Assembly (NCBI GenBank): GCA_964398425.1
Contig: CAYNNB010000002.1
Location: 7,511-71,510 of the forward strand
Direction of reading: 5' to 3'
Length of the DNA: 64,000 nt
Source: an uncultured Flavobacterium sp.
Lineage (GTDB): Bacteria > Bacteroidota > Bacteroidia > Flavobacteriales > Flavobacteriaceae
Shown: positions 9,433-18,805 of the stretch, in pieces
Position numbering within the stretch: the stretch's first letter is position 1
How the letters are laid out: every line of letters starts with the position of its first letter
Made by a program: the position numbers and the translations under genes
The notes under the pieces: model-generated
The model's input: the letters and a program-made list of their open reading frames with translations, nothing else
Databases searched by the model: none
What the model was told of the DNA's origin: nothing

Positions 9433-9516
9433 AAAGACTGCTTAAAAGTCTGATTTTGTCAAGCTGATTTTGCGTAAATTAGCTATGATAAAGTTAGGAT
9501 TTTTTAGGCAGTCTTT
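9433..9516. mobile_element. Possible MITE / IS-end relic with 15-bp terminal inverted repeats
   Basis: AAAGACTGCTTAAAA (9433-9447) ... TTTTAGGCAGTCTTT (9502-9516), one mismatch, with a 54-bp interior containing CTGATTTTG twice. Confidence 0.4.
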
Positions 9517-9549
9517 TATTTAAAAAGTGATTGATCCAAAGATAATTTG

Positions 9550-10098
9550 TTATTTTTTCGCTTTTTCCCATGCCGTTTCATATCCTAAAAGAATAGGTGG
9601 ATGAACAAACTTCACAAAAGCTAATATTTTATTTCTGTCTATTTCATCAGCTTTAAATAAAGATGGAAAAACATTAATTTCTGTATTAAACATGCTCGTC
9701 AAAGAACCTTTTTCTTCAAAAGCGAAGGCATAATTGTTCATTAAGTATCGCGTTCTTCTTTTTACAATGTAGAATCTTTCCATTTTATTTAAATCAATGG
9801 TTTCTGATTTGTGAAATATTTTTCCAGTAGTTGTTTTATTATAGAAATTTATTGTATTTCCATCACTTTCAACAACAAGCATAATTTCTTTATTTGTTAG
9901 ATATGTGTATAGTTTTGAGAGAAAAAGAATTTCACCACTAACAAGTAATAAGCCTACTATTAGTATCCACCAAGAGAATCCGTCTTTAAATAGAAAACCA
10001 ACAAAACTTATGATTCCAAAGCCACAAAAAATGGCTGCTAAAACGCATAAGATGAATTTTAATTTTCTTTTTACTAATATGATTTCTAACGTTTCCAT
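9550..10098 (-). CDS. Hypothetical membrane protein (two N-terminal TMs plus soluble domain)
   Basis: ORF track 9550..10170. The ATG at 10098 (METLEII) removes the overlap with the upstream gene. Confidence 0.7.
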   Translation of the reverse strand: METLEIILVKRKLKFILCVLAAIFCGFGIISFVGFLFKDGFSWWILIVGLLLVSGEILFLSKLYTYLTNKEIMLVVESDGNTINFYNKTTTGKIFHKSETIDLNKMERFYIVKRRTRYLMNNYAFAFEEKGSLTSMFNTEINVFPSLFKADEIDRNKILAFVKFVHPPILLGYETAWEKAKK

Positions 10099-10120
10099 AA
10101 GGTCTAGTGCTGTGTAATTA

Positions 10121-10387
10121 TTAAAAGCGACCAGTTGCAATGTAGAAAAGTATCCAACCCAAGCAACCAATCGCCAATCTCCAAATTAATTTCTTTAACA
10201 GTTGATGGGAGTATAATTTCCCTTTCTCTAGATACTCATCTGTGTTGTCATTTGATGTTCCTACTTTTTTAGAAATTTTAGTGCCTGCAACGGCACTTAG
10301 TGACAGCACATAAAGAATGGCTACCCAAGCAGCATTAGCAAATCCTATAAGCATTAATATCATTCCGATAATTGATAATGTATCCAT
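10121..10387 (-). CDS. Small hypothetical membrane protein
   Basis: 88 aa with hydrophobic N- and C-terminal segments, co-oriented with its neighbours. Confidence 0.65.
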   Translation of the reverse strand: MDTLSIIGMILMLIGFANAAWVAILYVLSLSAVAGTKISKKVGTSNDNTDEYLEKGKLYSHQLLKKLIWRLAIGCLGWILFYIATGRF

Positions 10388-10444
10388 TTTGTTTTTTATT
10401 TAGTATGGTGATTAATTTTCTTTTGTTTTATTGTAGAAGACAAA

Positions 10445-10993
10445 CTATTTTGACACAGTAGCTTTGGCTGCTTCATACATTACTCTAATGTCTTCATCAC
10501 TATATTTTGTAAACTTATCAGGGGATTTATCATAAGACATTCCTTCTGTAATTGTTATGGCTTTATCTCCTGATTTTACACCATAGAAGAAACTTAGTCC
10601 CGATTCACTTCTTTTGAGAAAACCATCTTGCTCATCTGATTCAAATTTCTTAAACCCTGGATTTAACTCAGAGTCACTAGCTAATATTTTAAGGTCAGCT
10701 ATTTTTTCTGCAATGCTATTGTATTTTTCATCTTCATTAAAAGGATTAGAAAAATCTTCTTTGATAAATGTAATTTTAAAATATTTGCCGCCGTAAACTA
10801 CAATGTTGTTTCCGTCCTGAATAATTTTAGCTCCCTTAGGGGCTTTTGTTATTACATTTATTCCTTTACTACTTAAATCAAGATCAATTAAATCTGATAT
10901 TTTGTAATGAATATCAATATTGTTATTTTTTGAGGTTTGAGCTTGGGAAACAGCAAATACTAGTAGCAGAAGTAGTAGATTAATTTTTTTCAT
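10445..10993 (-). CDS. Hypothetical secreted protein
   Basis: Sec signal MKKINLLLLLLVFAVSQAQ followed by a mature domain with no motif I recognise. Confidence 0.75.
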   Translation of the reverse strand: MKKINLLLLLLVFAVSQAQTSKNNNIDIHYKISDLIDLDLSSKGINVITKAPKGAKIIQDGNNIVVYGGKYFKITFIKEDFSNPFNEDEKYNSIAEKIADLKILASDSELNPGFKKFESDEQDGFLKRSESGLSFFYGVKSGDKAITITEGMSYDKSPDKFTKYSDEDIRVMYEAAKATVSK

Positions 10994-11367
10994 TGTGTTG
11001 ATAGGTTAAAGTTAGTTTTGTATTTATTTCATTCAAATCTATGAGAAATGAATTAATGGAGCAATTTATCTATTGGACTATTTATAAAAAATCAGAAATT
11101 TTAAATTATATATATATCTGTTTTTCAAAAGGTTATTTTTGTTGTAAGGCTTTTATATGAGCTAAATGTGAGATGATTTTTAGTCTTAATTTATGTTGGA
11201 TTATTGTGTTAGTAATGTGCATTAAAAAATAGTCTTGAAAAGTCTCGTTTAGAATATTAGCTAAGAAATAAAATATTACTTAAAGGGATTGTGAATAGAT
11301 TGTAATATTATTTTTAATTAAAACAATAAAAGGGTTAGTTTTGAGTTGTAGTAAAAAACATCTAATC

Positions 11368-12144
11368 ATGAGAAAATATTTATTTTTATTTTTAATTTAT
11401 GCTGGGGTATTACAAGCACAACAATTTCAATTTTTAAGTAAAAATGCAAAAGAATTAACATTAACTGAATTTCAAGCGTATAAATCTAAAGATTCATTAT
11501 GGGTCACAGAAAGTTTTTTAGAGAGCGGTAAAAAATATAATAAAGTGTTTGTCGATTCAATTGTAAAAACTAAAACTTTTGGGAAGTATAAACAGCATTT
11601 TTTTAGAGATACTATTGAGAATACTTTTACTATTGTATTAAGAAAAATGAGTGATGACGAAATTAAGAAAAGAAATGAGGAGCTAAATGCAAAAGTTGAT
11701 GGCGATAAAAAAAATAAAAAAATGATGCTGGGGAAATCTATGCAAAATCTTGTTTTTAAAGACATGAATGGTGCAGTTTACACTTCAGAAGAATTAAAAG
11801 GAAAAGTAGTTGTTGTGAATTTTTGGTTTACAAAATGTGTTCCTTGCATCAGGGAAATACCCGATTTAAATGCATTGAAAAAAGAGTTTGGGACTGATCA
11901 GGTGCTTTATTTTGCGATAACCTATGATAATAAAGATTTGATTAATGAATTTGTAAAAAAACATCCCATTGATTTTACAATAATACCTGAAGATAAGAAT
12001 TCAATTAATCAATTTTTAGTTGGTTTTTATCCCACTAATTTTATATTAGATCAAGCAGGAAAAGTAGTTTTTGTTAATGACTTTTTTATGCAAAACATGT
12101 TTCAAGACATGAGAAAAACAATAAAGAAATGTTTAAAAAAGTAA
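11368..12144 (+). CDS. TlpA/ResA-like disulfide reductase (AhpC/TSA/redoxin domain), exported
   Basis: LKGKVVVVNFWFTKCVPCIREIPDLN and FYPTNFILDQAG; signal peptide from the ATG at 11368. Confidence 0.85.
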   Translation: MRKYLFLFLIYAGVLQAQQFQFLSKNAKELTLTEFQAYKSKDSLWVTESFLESGKKYNKVFVDSIVKTKTFGKYKQHFFRDTIENTFTIVLRKMSDDEIKKRNEELNAKVDGDKKNKKMMLGKSMQNLVFKDMNGAVYTSEELKGKVVVVNFWFTKCVPCIREIPDLNALKKEFGTDQVLYFAITYDNKDLINEFVKKHPIDFTIIPEDKNSINQFLVGFYPTNFILDQAGKVVFVNDFFMQNMFQDMRKTIKKCLKK

Positions 12145-12147
12145 AAT

Positions 12148-12180
12148 AAAAAAAGCGTTTAAATTTTAAACGCTTTTTTT
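12148..12180. terminator. Bidirectional intrinsic terminator (TlpA / hemD)
   Basis: AAAAAAAGCGTTTAA-att-TTAAACGCTTTTTTT between convergent genes. Confidence 0.85.
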
Positions 12181-12186
12181 AGAATA

Positions 12187-12954
12187 TTATTTGGTTTTAT
12201 TAACTTCGGCAACATATTTTTCCAAAGCTCCAGTCATTGATGGTGTTCCAGGAGCAGGAGCCATAATGTCAATGCGAAGCCCGTGTTCTAAAGCTTCTTT
12301 TTTTGTGGTTTCTCCAAAAACAGCTATTCTAGTATTGTTTTGTTGAAAATCAGGAAAGTTCTTAAATAATGATTTAATACCTGTTGGGCTAAAGAAAGCT
12401 AAAACATCATAATAAACATCTTTCAAATCTGATAAATCGCTCATTACTGTTTTATAAAAAATACCTTGTTTCCAATCTACTTTTAAACTTTCTAATGTTT
12501 GAGGTACATCAGCATTTAATTGATCCGTATTAGGTAACAAGAATTTTTCATCTTTATACTTTTTGATTAATGGGGCTAAATCAGCAAATTCTTTTTGACC
12601 TACATAAATCTTTCTTTTTCTATATACTACATACTTTTGTAAATAAAAGGCAATAGCCTCTGCTTGACAAAAATATTTTAAATCTTCCGGAACTTTATAA
12701 CGCATTTCTTCTGCTACTCTAAAAAAGTGGTCTACAGAATTTTTGCTAGTAAAAATAATGGCAGTATAATTGTTTAAATCGATTTTTTGTGCTCTAATTT
12801 CTTTCGCAGGAACGCCTTCCACATGAATAAATGGTCTAAAATCAACTTTAACCTTCCATTTATTTTGCAGGTCGAAATAAGGGGAGTTTTCCACCTTTGG
12901 CTCTGGTTGTGAAACCAAAATAGTTTTCACTTTCAAATTTGACATATCTAACAA
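12187..12954 (-). CDS. hemD: Uroporphyrinogen-III synthase
   Basis: KTILVSQPEP, IIFTSKNSVDHFF and LAFFSPTGIKSL, a Bacteroidota HemD pattern. Confidence 0.85.
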   Translation of the reverse strand: MLDMSNLKVKTILVSQPEPKVENSPYFDLQNKWKVKVDFRPFIHVEGVPAKEIRAQKIDLNNYTAIIFTSKNSVDHFFRVAEEMRYKVPEDLKYFCQAEAIAFYLQKYVVYRKRKIYVGQKEFADLAPLIKKYKDEKFLLPNTDQLNADVPQTLESLKVDWKQGIFYKTVMSDLSDLKDVYYDVLAFFSPTGIKSLFKNFPDFQQNNTRIAVFGETTKKEALEHGLRIDIMAPAPGTPSMTGALEKYVAEVNKTK

Positions 12955-12957
12955 ATA

Positions 12958-13620
12958 CTAATTTTTTGTTATCCAATAATACATGAAATAATACGGTGCT
13001 ATTTCAAGGGTGCAAAGATACAAAATAAAATAAAATATTTTGCCTATGATTATTTTTTGATAAGTCTTTATCAAAAAGTAATAAGTAAGCACGTTGTAAA
13101 GCACAAAAACACCTAGAATTATATAAAATACTAATTGAATTGGTGTTTGATTATAATATAAAAAAATGTTTATGGGCAATAATACTAAACCTAAAAAAGC
13201 ACGATAATTAACTTTAACCAAATTAAATTGTTCTACGAAACTTTCCACATTTAAAGTAGTACCAACAATCTTTTCAATCAAAAATTTAGATAAAATAAAA
13301 ACAAAGAGAAAAGTAAATATTTGAATGAAGGAAATATAATTATCTGTTTTTGTATAATTAAAATAACTTAAAAGCAATAAAATGAAAAAAGAAAAAGAAA
13401 TCAATTGGATGATGAACATGGATATAGTAAACCAGTTCATTAAATTACTCGTGTCTTTATAAATTTTGTTGTACTTATCTGAAATTCCTAATTTAAGAAA
13501 TTCATTAAAACGAACTTCAAAAATAGTTTTATTGGTAGCAATAATTATGGCGGCTAAAACAAACAAAATAGTAGCCCAATCTTTATTTACCAGTATACGT
13601 TCAATAAGTAATATATTCAT
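12958..13620 (-). CDS. DUF4271-like integral membrane protein
   Basis: Multiple TMs and C-terminal YFILYLCTLEIAP; adjacent to hemD. Confidence 0.7.
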   Translation of the reverse strand: MNILLIERILVNKDWATILFVLAAIIIATNKTIFEVRFNEFLKLGISDKYNKIYKDTSNLMNWFTISMFIIQLISFSFFILLLLSYFNYTKTDNYISFIQIFTFLFVFILSKFLIEKIVGTTLNVESFVEQFNLVKVNYRAFLGLVLLPINIFLYYNQTPIQLVFYIILGVFVLYNVLTYYFLIKTYQKIIIGKIFYFILYLCTLEIAPYYFMYYWITKN

Positions 13621-13718
13621 GGTGCAAAAGTAACAAAAATATTTGCTATCAATAATTATAAAATTATTAAGATTTAGAATGTAAAAAAAGCATAATTTTG
13701 CAAAGTAAATAAATTGAT

Positions 13719-14441
13719 ATGTCTGCTGGTATAGTTATCATTCCCACTTATAACGAAATAGAAAATATAGAAAGAATTATTCATGCTGTTTTTCAGTTGC
13801 CCTCTTCCTTTCATTTGTTAATTGTTGATGATAACTCACCCGATGGAACAGCAGCTAAAGTTAAAGAATTACAAATCAAGTATAATGACCGTCTTTTTCT
13901 TGAAGTTCGACAAAAAAAATCTGGATTAGGAACAGCCTACGTTCACGGTTTCAAATGGGCGCTAAGTCATAATTATGAATACATTTATGAAATGGATGCT
14001 GATTTTTCTCACAATCCTAACGATTTAGAAAAGTTGTATGAAGCTTGTAAAAATGGGGCTGATTTAGCTATTGGGTCTAGATATTCAAAAGGAGTTAATG
14101 TGGTGAATTGGCCTTTAAATCGAGTTTTGCTATCTTATTTTGCTTCTGTTTACGTGAAGATGATCACAGGTATGAAAATTCATGACGCCACAGCTGGTTT
14201 TATTTGTTACAGACGCAATGTGCTCGAAACGATTAATCTTGATAAAATAAAATTCGTTGGTTATGCTTTTCAAATTGAAATGAAGTATCGAGCTTTCGTG
14301 AAAAAATTTAAAATAGTAGAAGTACCTATCATTTTTACAGATCGTACTTTAGGTGAATCAAAGATGAGTGGTGCCATTATAAGAGAAGCTGTTTTTGGTG
14401 TAATCATGCTTCGAATCAGAAAAATATTTAATAGACTTTAA
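13719..14441 (+). CDS. Polyprenol monophosphomannose synthase-like GT2 glycosyltransferase
   Basis: IIPTYNE, IVDDNSPDGT, EMDADFSH, GSRY and GYAFQIEMK motifs. Confidence 0.88.
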   Translation: MSAGIVIIPTYNEIENIERIIHAVFQLPSSFHLLIVDDNSPDGTAAKVKELQIKYNDRLFLEVRQKKSGLGTAYVHGFKWALSHNYEYIYEMDADFSHNPNDLEKLYEACKNGADLAIGSRYSKGVNVVNWPLNRVLLSYFASVYVKMITGMKIHDATAGFICYRRNVLETINLDKIKFVGYAFQIEMKYRAFVKKFKIVEVPIIFTDRTLGESKMSGAIIREAVFGVIMLRIRKIFNRL

Positions 14442-14450
14442 TATAAAAAA

Positions 14451-15791
14451 ATGAGTACATTTTTAATTAAAAATGCTAAGATTGTAAATGAAGGCTCTCT
14501 TTTTGAAGGGGATTTGTTAATTGAAAATGAAATAATTAGCCAAATAGGAGAAAGTATAAGCGCTAAACCAAATTACACTATTGTAGATGCGGAGGGCTCT
14601 TTCTTATTACCTGGTGTTATTGATGATCAAGTACATTTTAGAGAACCAGGGTTAACTCACAAAGGAACAATTGCAACCGAAAGTAAGGCGGCAGTAGCTG
14701 GTGGAACAACATCCTTTATTGAGCAGCCTAATACTCTTCCGAATGCTATAACACAAGAATTATTAGAGCAGAAATATGAGATTGCCCGTCAGTCTTCTTA
14801 TGCAAATTATTCTTTTATGATGGGTGGTACTAATACAAATTTAGATGAGTTGCTTAAAACCAATCCAAAAAATGTAGCTGGAATTAAATTGTTTTTAGGT
14901 TCATCAACGGGGAACATGTTAGTAGATGACCAAGAGGCATTAGAGAAAATTTTTTCGTCTACTAAAATGTTAATTGCCGTACATTGTGAGGACGAGGGTA
15001 CAATCAAAGCTAATTTAGAACAGTACAAGGCGGAGTATGGTGAAAATATTCCTGTAAAGTTCCATCATTTAATTCGTAGCACGGAAGCTTGTTATTTGTC
15101 TTCTTCTAGAGCTATTGAATTAGCAAAAAAGACAGGAGCTAGATTGCATGTTTTCCATTTGTCTACAGCAAAGGAAATGGAGTTGTTTACCAATAAAATT
15201 CCATTAGAAGAAAAACAAATTACAGCTGAGGTTTGTGTACATCATTTGTGGTTTACAGATAAAGATTACGAAACCAAAGGCTCGTTAATTAAGTGGAATC
15301 CAGCCGTAAAAACCCAAGATGATCAAGATGCTTTATGGAAAGCCCTCTTAGATGATCGAATAGATGTTATTGCTACTGATCACGCCCCACACACTTTAGA
15401 AGAGAAAAATAATCCTTACATGAGTTCGCCTTCTGGAGGCCCTTTAGTGCAACATTCATTAGTTTTAATGATGGAGGCTTACGCGAAAGGGAAAATTTCT
15501 GTGGAGAAAATTGTAGAGAAAATGTGTCATAATCCAGCTAGGATATTTAAAATAGAGAAAAGAGGTTTTGTTAGAGAAGGATACTTTGCGGATTTAGTTA
15601 TTGTAAATCCACATTTACCATGGAATGTTAAGAAGGAAAATTTATTGTATAAATGTGGTTGGTCTCCGTTAGAAGGTATGAACTTAAAATCTAGAGTAAC
15701 CCATACTTTTGTAAATGGTAAATTGGTGTATCAAAATGGAAAGGTAAAAGAAGTATTAGCGGGACAACGTTTAACTTTTGATCGAGAGTAA
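14451..15791 (+). CDS. pyrC: Dihydroorotase
   Basis: PGVIDDQVHFREPG, KWNPAVK and IATDHAPH motifs. Confidence 0.88.
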   Translation: MSTFLIKNAKIVNEGSLFEGDLLIENEIISQIGESISAKPNYTIVDAEGSFLLPGVIDDQVHFREPGLTHKGTIATESKAAVAGGTTSFIEQPNTLPNAITQELLEQKYEIARQSSYANYSFMMGGTNTNLDELLKTNPKNVAGIKLFLGSSTGNMLVDDQEALEKIFSSTKMLIAVHCEDEGTIKANLEQYKAEYGENIPVKFHHLIRSTEACYLSSSRAIELAKKTGARLHVFHLSTAKEMELFTNKIPLEEKQITAEVCVHHLWFTDKDYETKGSLIKWNPAVKTQDDQDALWKALLDDRIDVIATDHAPHTLEEKNNPYMSSPSGGPLVQHSLVLMMEAYAKGKISVEKIVEKMCHNPARIFKIEKRGFVREGYFADLVIVNPHLPWNVKKENLLYKCGWSPLEGMNLKSRVTHTFVNGKLVYQNGKVKEVLAGQRLTFDRE

Positions 15792-15799
15792 TTTTACGT

Positions 15800-16117
15800 A
15801 TGAGAAAAACAGTATTTTTTATAGGTTTGGTTTTAGTTGTTTCTTGTTCAAGAAATCCGGTTCCAAAGCCTGATCGATTGCTAGATGAAGAAACCATGGA
15901 AAACATTATGTATGATGTGGCTGTTTTACAAGGTGCTTCTGCCAATGCGCCAGAACAATTAATAGAAAAAAATATCAATCCTAAAGATTATATTTATAAA
16001 AAATATAAAATTGATAGTGCTACTTTTCATCAGAACAATAGGTATTATGCAGCTGATGTTAGAAACTATAAGTTTATGTATAAACGCGTACTAGAGCGTA
16101 TACAAAATCATAAATGA
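15800..16117 (+). CDS. DUF4296-like lipoprotein
   Basis: Lipobox LVVSC; IYKKYKIDSATFHQNNRYY. Confidence 0.7.
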   Translation: MRKTVFFIGLVLVVSCSRNPVPKPDRLLDEETMENIMYDVAVLQGASANAPEQLIEKNINPKDYIYKKYKIDSATFHQNNRYYAADVRNYKFMYKRVLERIQNHK

Positions 16118-16119
16118 AT

Positions 16120-16148
16120 AAAAAATCACGCTTTATGCGTGATTTTTT
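16120..16148. terminator. Bidirectional intrinsic terminator
   Basis: AAAAAATCACGC-tttat-GCGTGATTTTTT between convergent genes. Confidence 0.85.
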
Positions 16149-17145
16149 ATTTAAACTCTTTGGCTAATTTTGTTAGGTAGGATTCCATAGGAGTAAATTC
16201 AAAAAATGGTATATTTTTTTTTATTTTTTCTGAGCTATGAAATTCTTCGTTGTGTAAGGATTGTGCTGCTACTTTTGTTAATTTTCTTCTAGTAAAAAAT
16301 AAGGTCGAAAAAATCCAATCCAAACGCCAAATAACAGCGGTTAATACTTTTGAAGCATGCCATTTAGGAGGTTGAATATTAAATGCTTTAGCTAAAATGC
16401 AAAACAATTGTTGGTAAGTCAGGTCTTCGGCTACAAGAATAAAACGCTCTCCAGATATAGGGCTATTCATGAGTAGGTACATGGCTTTCACAACATCTTC
16501 TACAGCCACTATTCCTATTTTGCCTTTGGTGTAAAAAGGTAAACCCTTTTTGATTTTAGTAAAGAATAAACTGCTGCCTGATTTTTTGAATCCAGCGCCA
16601 AAAATTACACCTGGATTTACAATTACAATTGGTAATCCTTCTTGATATCCTCGCCAAACTTCTAACTCGGCTCCGTATTTAGAAATGGAATAATCGCTAT
16701 AATGGAGTTCGTTGTTTCGTTCAGTTTCTTCAGTAATGCAAAGTTGGTGCTCGGTTCTGTTACCTAAAGTTGCAATTGAACTCACATGACACAATTTTTC
16801 TACTCCAAAAGCCAAGCATAGATTAACGACATTAGCCGTGCCAACAATATTGTTTTTGTAAAGATCTGTATGATCTTTGGGTTCAAAAGAAACCAAAGCA
16901 GCACAATGGTAGACCTGTGTTATGTCTTGAAAAGCTAATTCAAGTGAGGGAATGTCTAGTAAATCAGCTTGAAACCAATCAATTTGTTTAAAAATATGAA
17001 GTTGATTTTGTGCCTCAAATAAGTTTTTAATATGGTCTTTTTTTGCTTCCGATCGATACAGCGCGCGAATAGGTGTAGCTTCTTTCGACAACAATTGCAT
17101 CAAATGAAACCCAACTAAGCCGGTTGCGCCTGTAATTAAAATCAT
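16147..17145 (-). CDS. NAD-dependent epimerase/dehydratase (extended SDR)
   Basis: ILITGATGLVG, HCAALVS, HVSSIA, YSISK (YxxxK) and VNPGVIFG motifs. Confidence 0.88.
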   Translation of the reverse strand: MILITGATGLVGFHLMQLLSKEATPIRALYRSEAKKDHIKNLFEAQNQLHIFKQIDWFQADLLDIPSLELAFQDITQVYHCAALVSFEPKDHTDLYKNNIVGTANVVNLCLAFGVEKLCHVSSIATLGNRTEHQLCITEETERNNELHYSDYSISKYGAELEVWRGYQEGLPIVIVNPGVIFGAGFKKSGSSLFFTKIKKGLPFYTKGKIGIVAVEDVVKAMYLLMNSPISGERFILVAEDLTYQQLFCILAKAFNIQPPKWHASKVLTAVIWRLDWIFSTLFFTRRKLTKVAAQSLHNEEFHSSEKIKKNIPFFEFTPMESYLTKLAKEFK

Positions 17146-17258
17146 GAGGTAAAAATAGGGAAAATGCCCTAATCAAGCAATAAAAAAGCAGTTTAATGTC
17201 GTTTTATAAAATGCTTTGAATGTGCGAATCAACATTTTATTAACTCATTTTTTCGCAC

Positions 17259-17266
17259 TATATTTG
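17259..17266 (+). promoter_or_regulatory. -7 promoter element for asnS
   Basis: TATATTTG followed by CA, 23 bp before the ATG. Confidence 0.6.
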
Positions 17267-17289
17267 CATCTTTAATGAAAAGATAGGAA

Positions 17290-18726
17290 ATGAAACATAC
17301 TAAGATTGTTGATTTATTAAACAACACCAAAACGTTACAAGAAGTAACCGCTAAAGGGTGGGTACGTACATTTAGAAATAACCAATTTATTGCGTTGAAC
17401 GATGGTTCAACCATTCATAATATTCAGTGTGTTGTTGATTTTGAAAACACTCCTGAAGAAACATTAAAAAGAGTTACTACTGGTGCTGCCATTTGTGTAA
17501 AAGGTACGTTGGTTGAAAGTCAGGGTGCTGGTCAAAATGTTGAAATTCAAGTAGCTTCATTAGAAATTTTGGGTGATTCTGATGCGGAAAAATTCCCAAT
17601 GCAACCCAAACGTCATTCTCTTGAATTTTTACGTGAAAATGCGCATTTACGTGTCAGAACTAATGTGTTTGGAGCCATCATGCGTGTGCGTTCAGCCTTA
17701 TCGTTTGCAGTGCATCAATACTTCCAACAAAAAGGATTCGTATATGTAAATACGCCAATTATTACAGGATCAGATGCGGAAGGTGCTGGCGAAATGTTTC
17801 AAGTAACTGCGTTGCCTTTAGATGGTTCGGCGCCACGAAATGAAGACGGAAGCATCAACTATAAAGAAGATTTCTTTGGAAAACAAACCAACTTAACCGT
17901 TTCAGGTCAGTTAGAAGGAGAAACATTTGCTATGGCTTTAGGCCAGATTTATACTTTTGGACCTACATTCCGTGCAGAAAATTCTAATACGTCGCGTCAC
18001 TTAGCCGAATTTTGGATGATTGAACCTGAAGTAGCCTTCAATGATTTAGCAGACAATATGGATTTGGCTGAAGATTTTATTAAATATGTTATTAAATATG
18101 CAGTGGACAACTGTGGTGATGACTTGAAATTCTTGGACGAACGTTTTGCACAAGAAGAAAAACAAAAACCACAAGCAGATCGAAGCGAAATGACATTGTT
18201 AGAAAAATTAAACTTCGTTTTAGAAAATAATTTTAAGCGTGTTTCTTATACAGAGGCAATTGATATTCTGAAAGATTCTACACCTAATAAGAAAAAGAAA
18301 TTCCAATATTTAATTGAAGAATGGGGAGCTGATTTACAATCGGAACATGAACGCTTCTTAGTAGAAAAACACTTCAAATGCCCGGTTATTTTATTTGATT
18401 ATCCGGCTAAAATTAAAGCGTTCTACATGCGTTTAAATGAAGATGGAAAAACAGTAAGAGCCATGGATATTTTATTCCCTGGTATCGGCGAAATTGTAGG
18501 AGGTTCTCAACGAGAAGAACGTTATGATGTATTAGTTGAAAAAATGCAAGCTTTAGGAATCGATGAAGAAGAATTGTGGTGGTATTTAGATACGAGACGA
18601 TTTGGATCTGCATTACACTCAGGATTTGGGTTAGGATTTGAGCGATTGGTATTATTCGTTACAGGTATGACAAACATTAGAGACGTAATTCCTTTCCCAA
18701 GAACACCACAAAACGCAGAATTTTAA
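17290..18726 (+). CDS. asnS: Asparagine--tRNA ligase
   Basis: GWVRTFR OB-fold, [24 protein letters not shown] (motif 2) and [10 protein letters not shown] (motif 3). Confidence 0.97.
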   Translation: MKHTKIVDLLNNTKTLQEVTAKGWVRTFRNNQFIALNDGSTIHNIQCVVDFENTPEETLKRVTTGAAICVKGTLVESQGAGQNVEIQVASLEILGDSDAEKFPMQPKRHSLEFLRENAHLRVRTNVFGAIMRVRSALSFAVHQYFQQKGFVYVNTPIITGSDAEGAGEMFQVTALPLDGSAPRNEDGSINYKEDFFGKQTNLTVSGQLEGETFAMALGQIYTFGPTFRAENSNTSRHLAEFWMIEPEVAFNDLADNMDLAEDFIKYVIKYAVDNCGDDLKFLDERFAQEEKQKPQADRSEMTLLEKLNFVLENNFKRVSYTEAIDILKDSTPNKKKKFQYLIEEWGADLQSEHERFLVEKHFKCPVILFDYPAKIKAFYMRLNEDGKTVRAMDILFPGIGEIVGGSQREERYDVLVEKMQALGIDEEELWWYLDTRRFGSALHSGFGLGFERLVLFVTGMTNIRDVIPFPRTPQNAEF

Positions 18727-18740
18727 AAAATAGTTGTTTC

Positions 18741-18798
18741 AAGTTAAAAGTTTCATGCTATAGTTTAGTTTGAAACTTTTGACTTTTGACTTTTGACT
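18741..18798. repeat. Heptamer-repeat hairpin between asnS and rpoN
   Basis: AAGTTAAAAGTTTCA (18741-18755) pairs with TGAAACTTTTGACTT (18771-18785), one mismatch; TTTGACT occurs three times at 18778-18798. Confidence 0.75.
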
Positions 18799-18805
18799 CA
18801 AAGAT

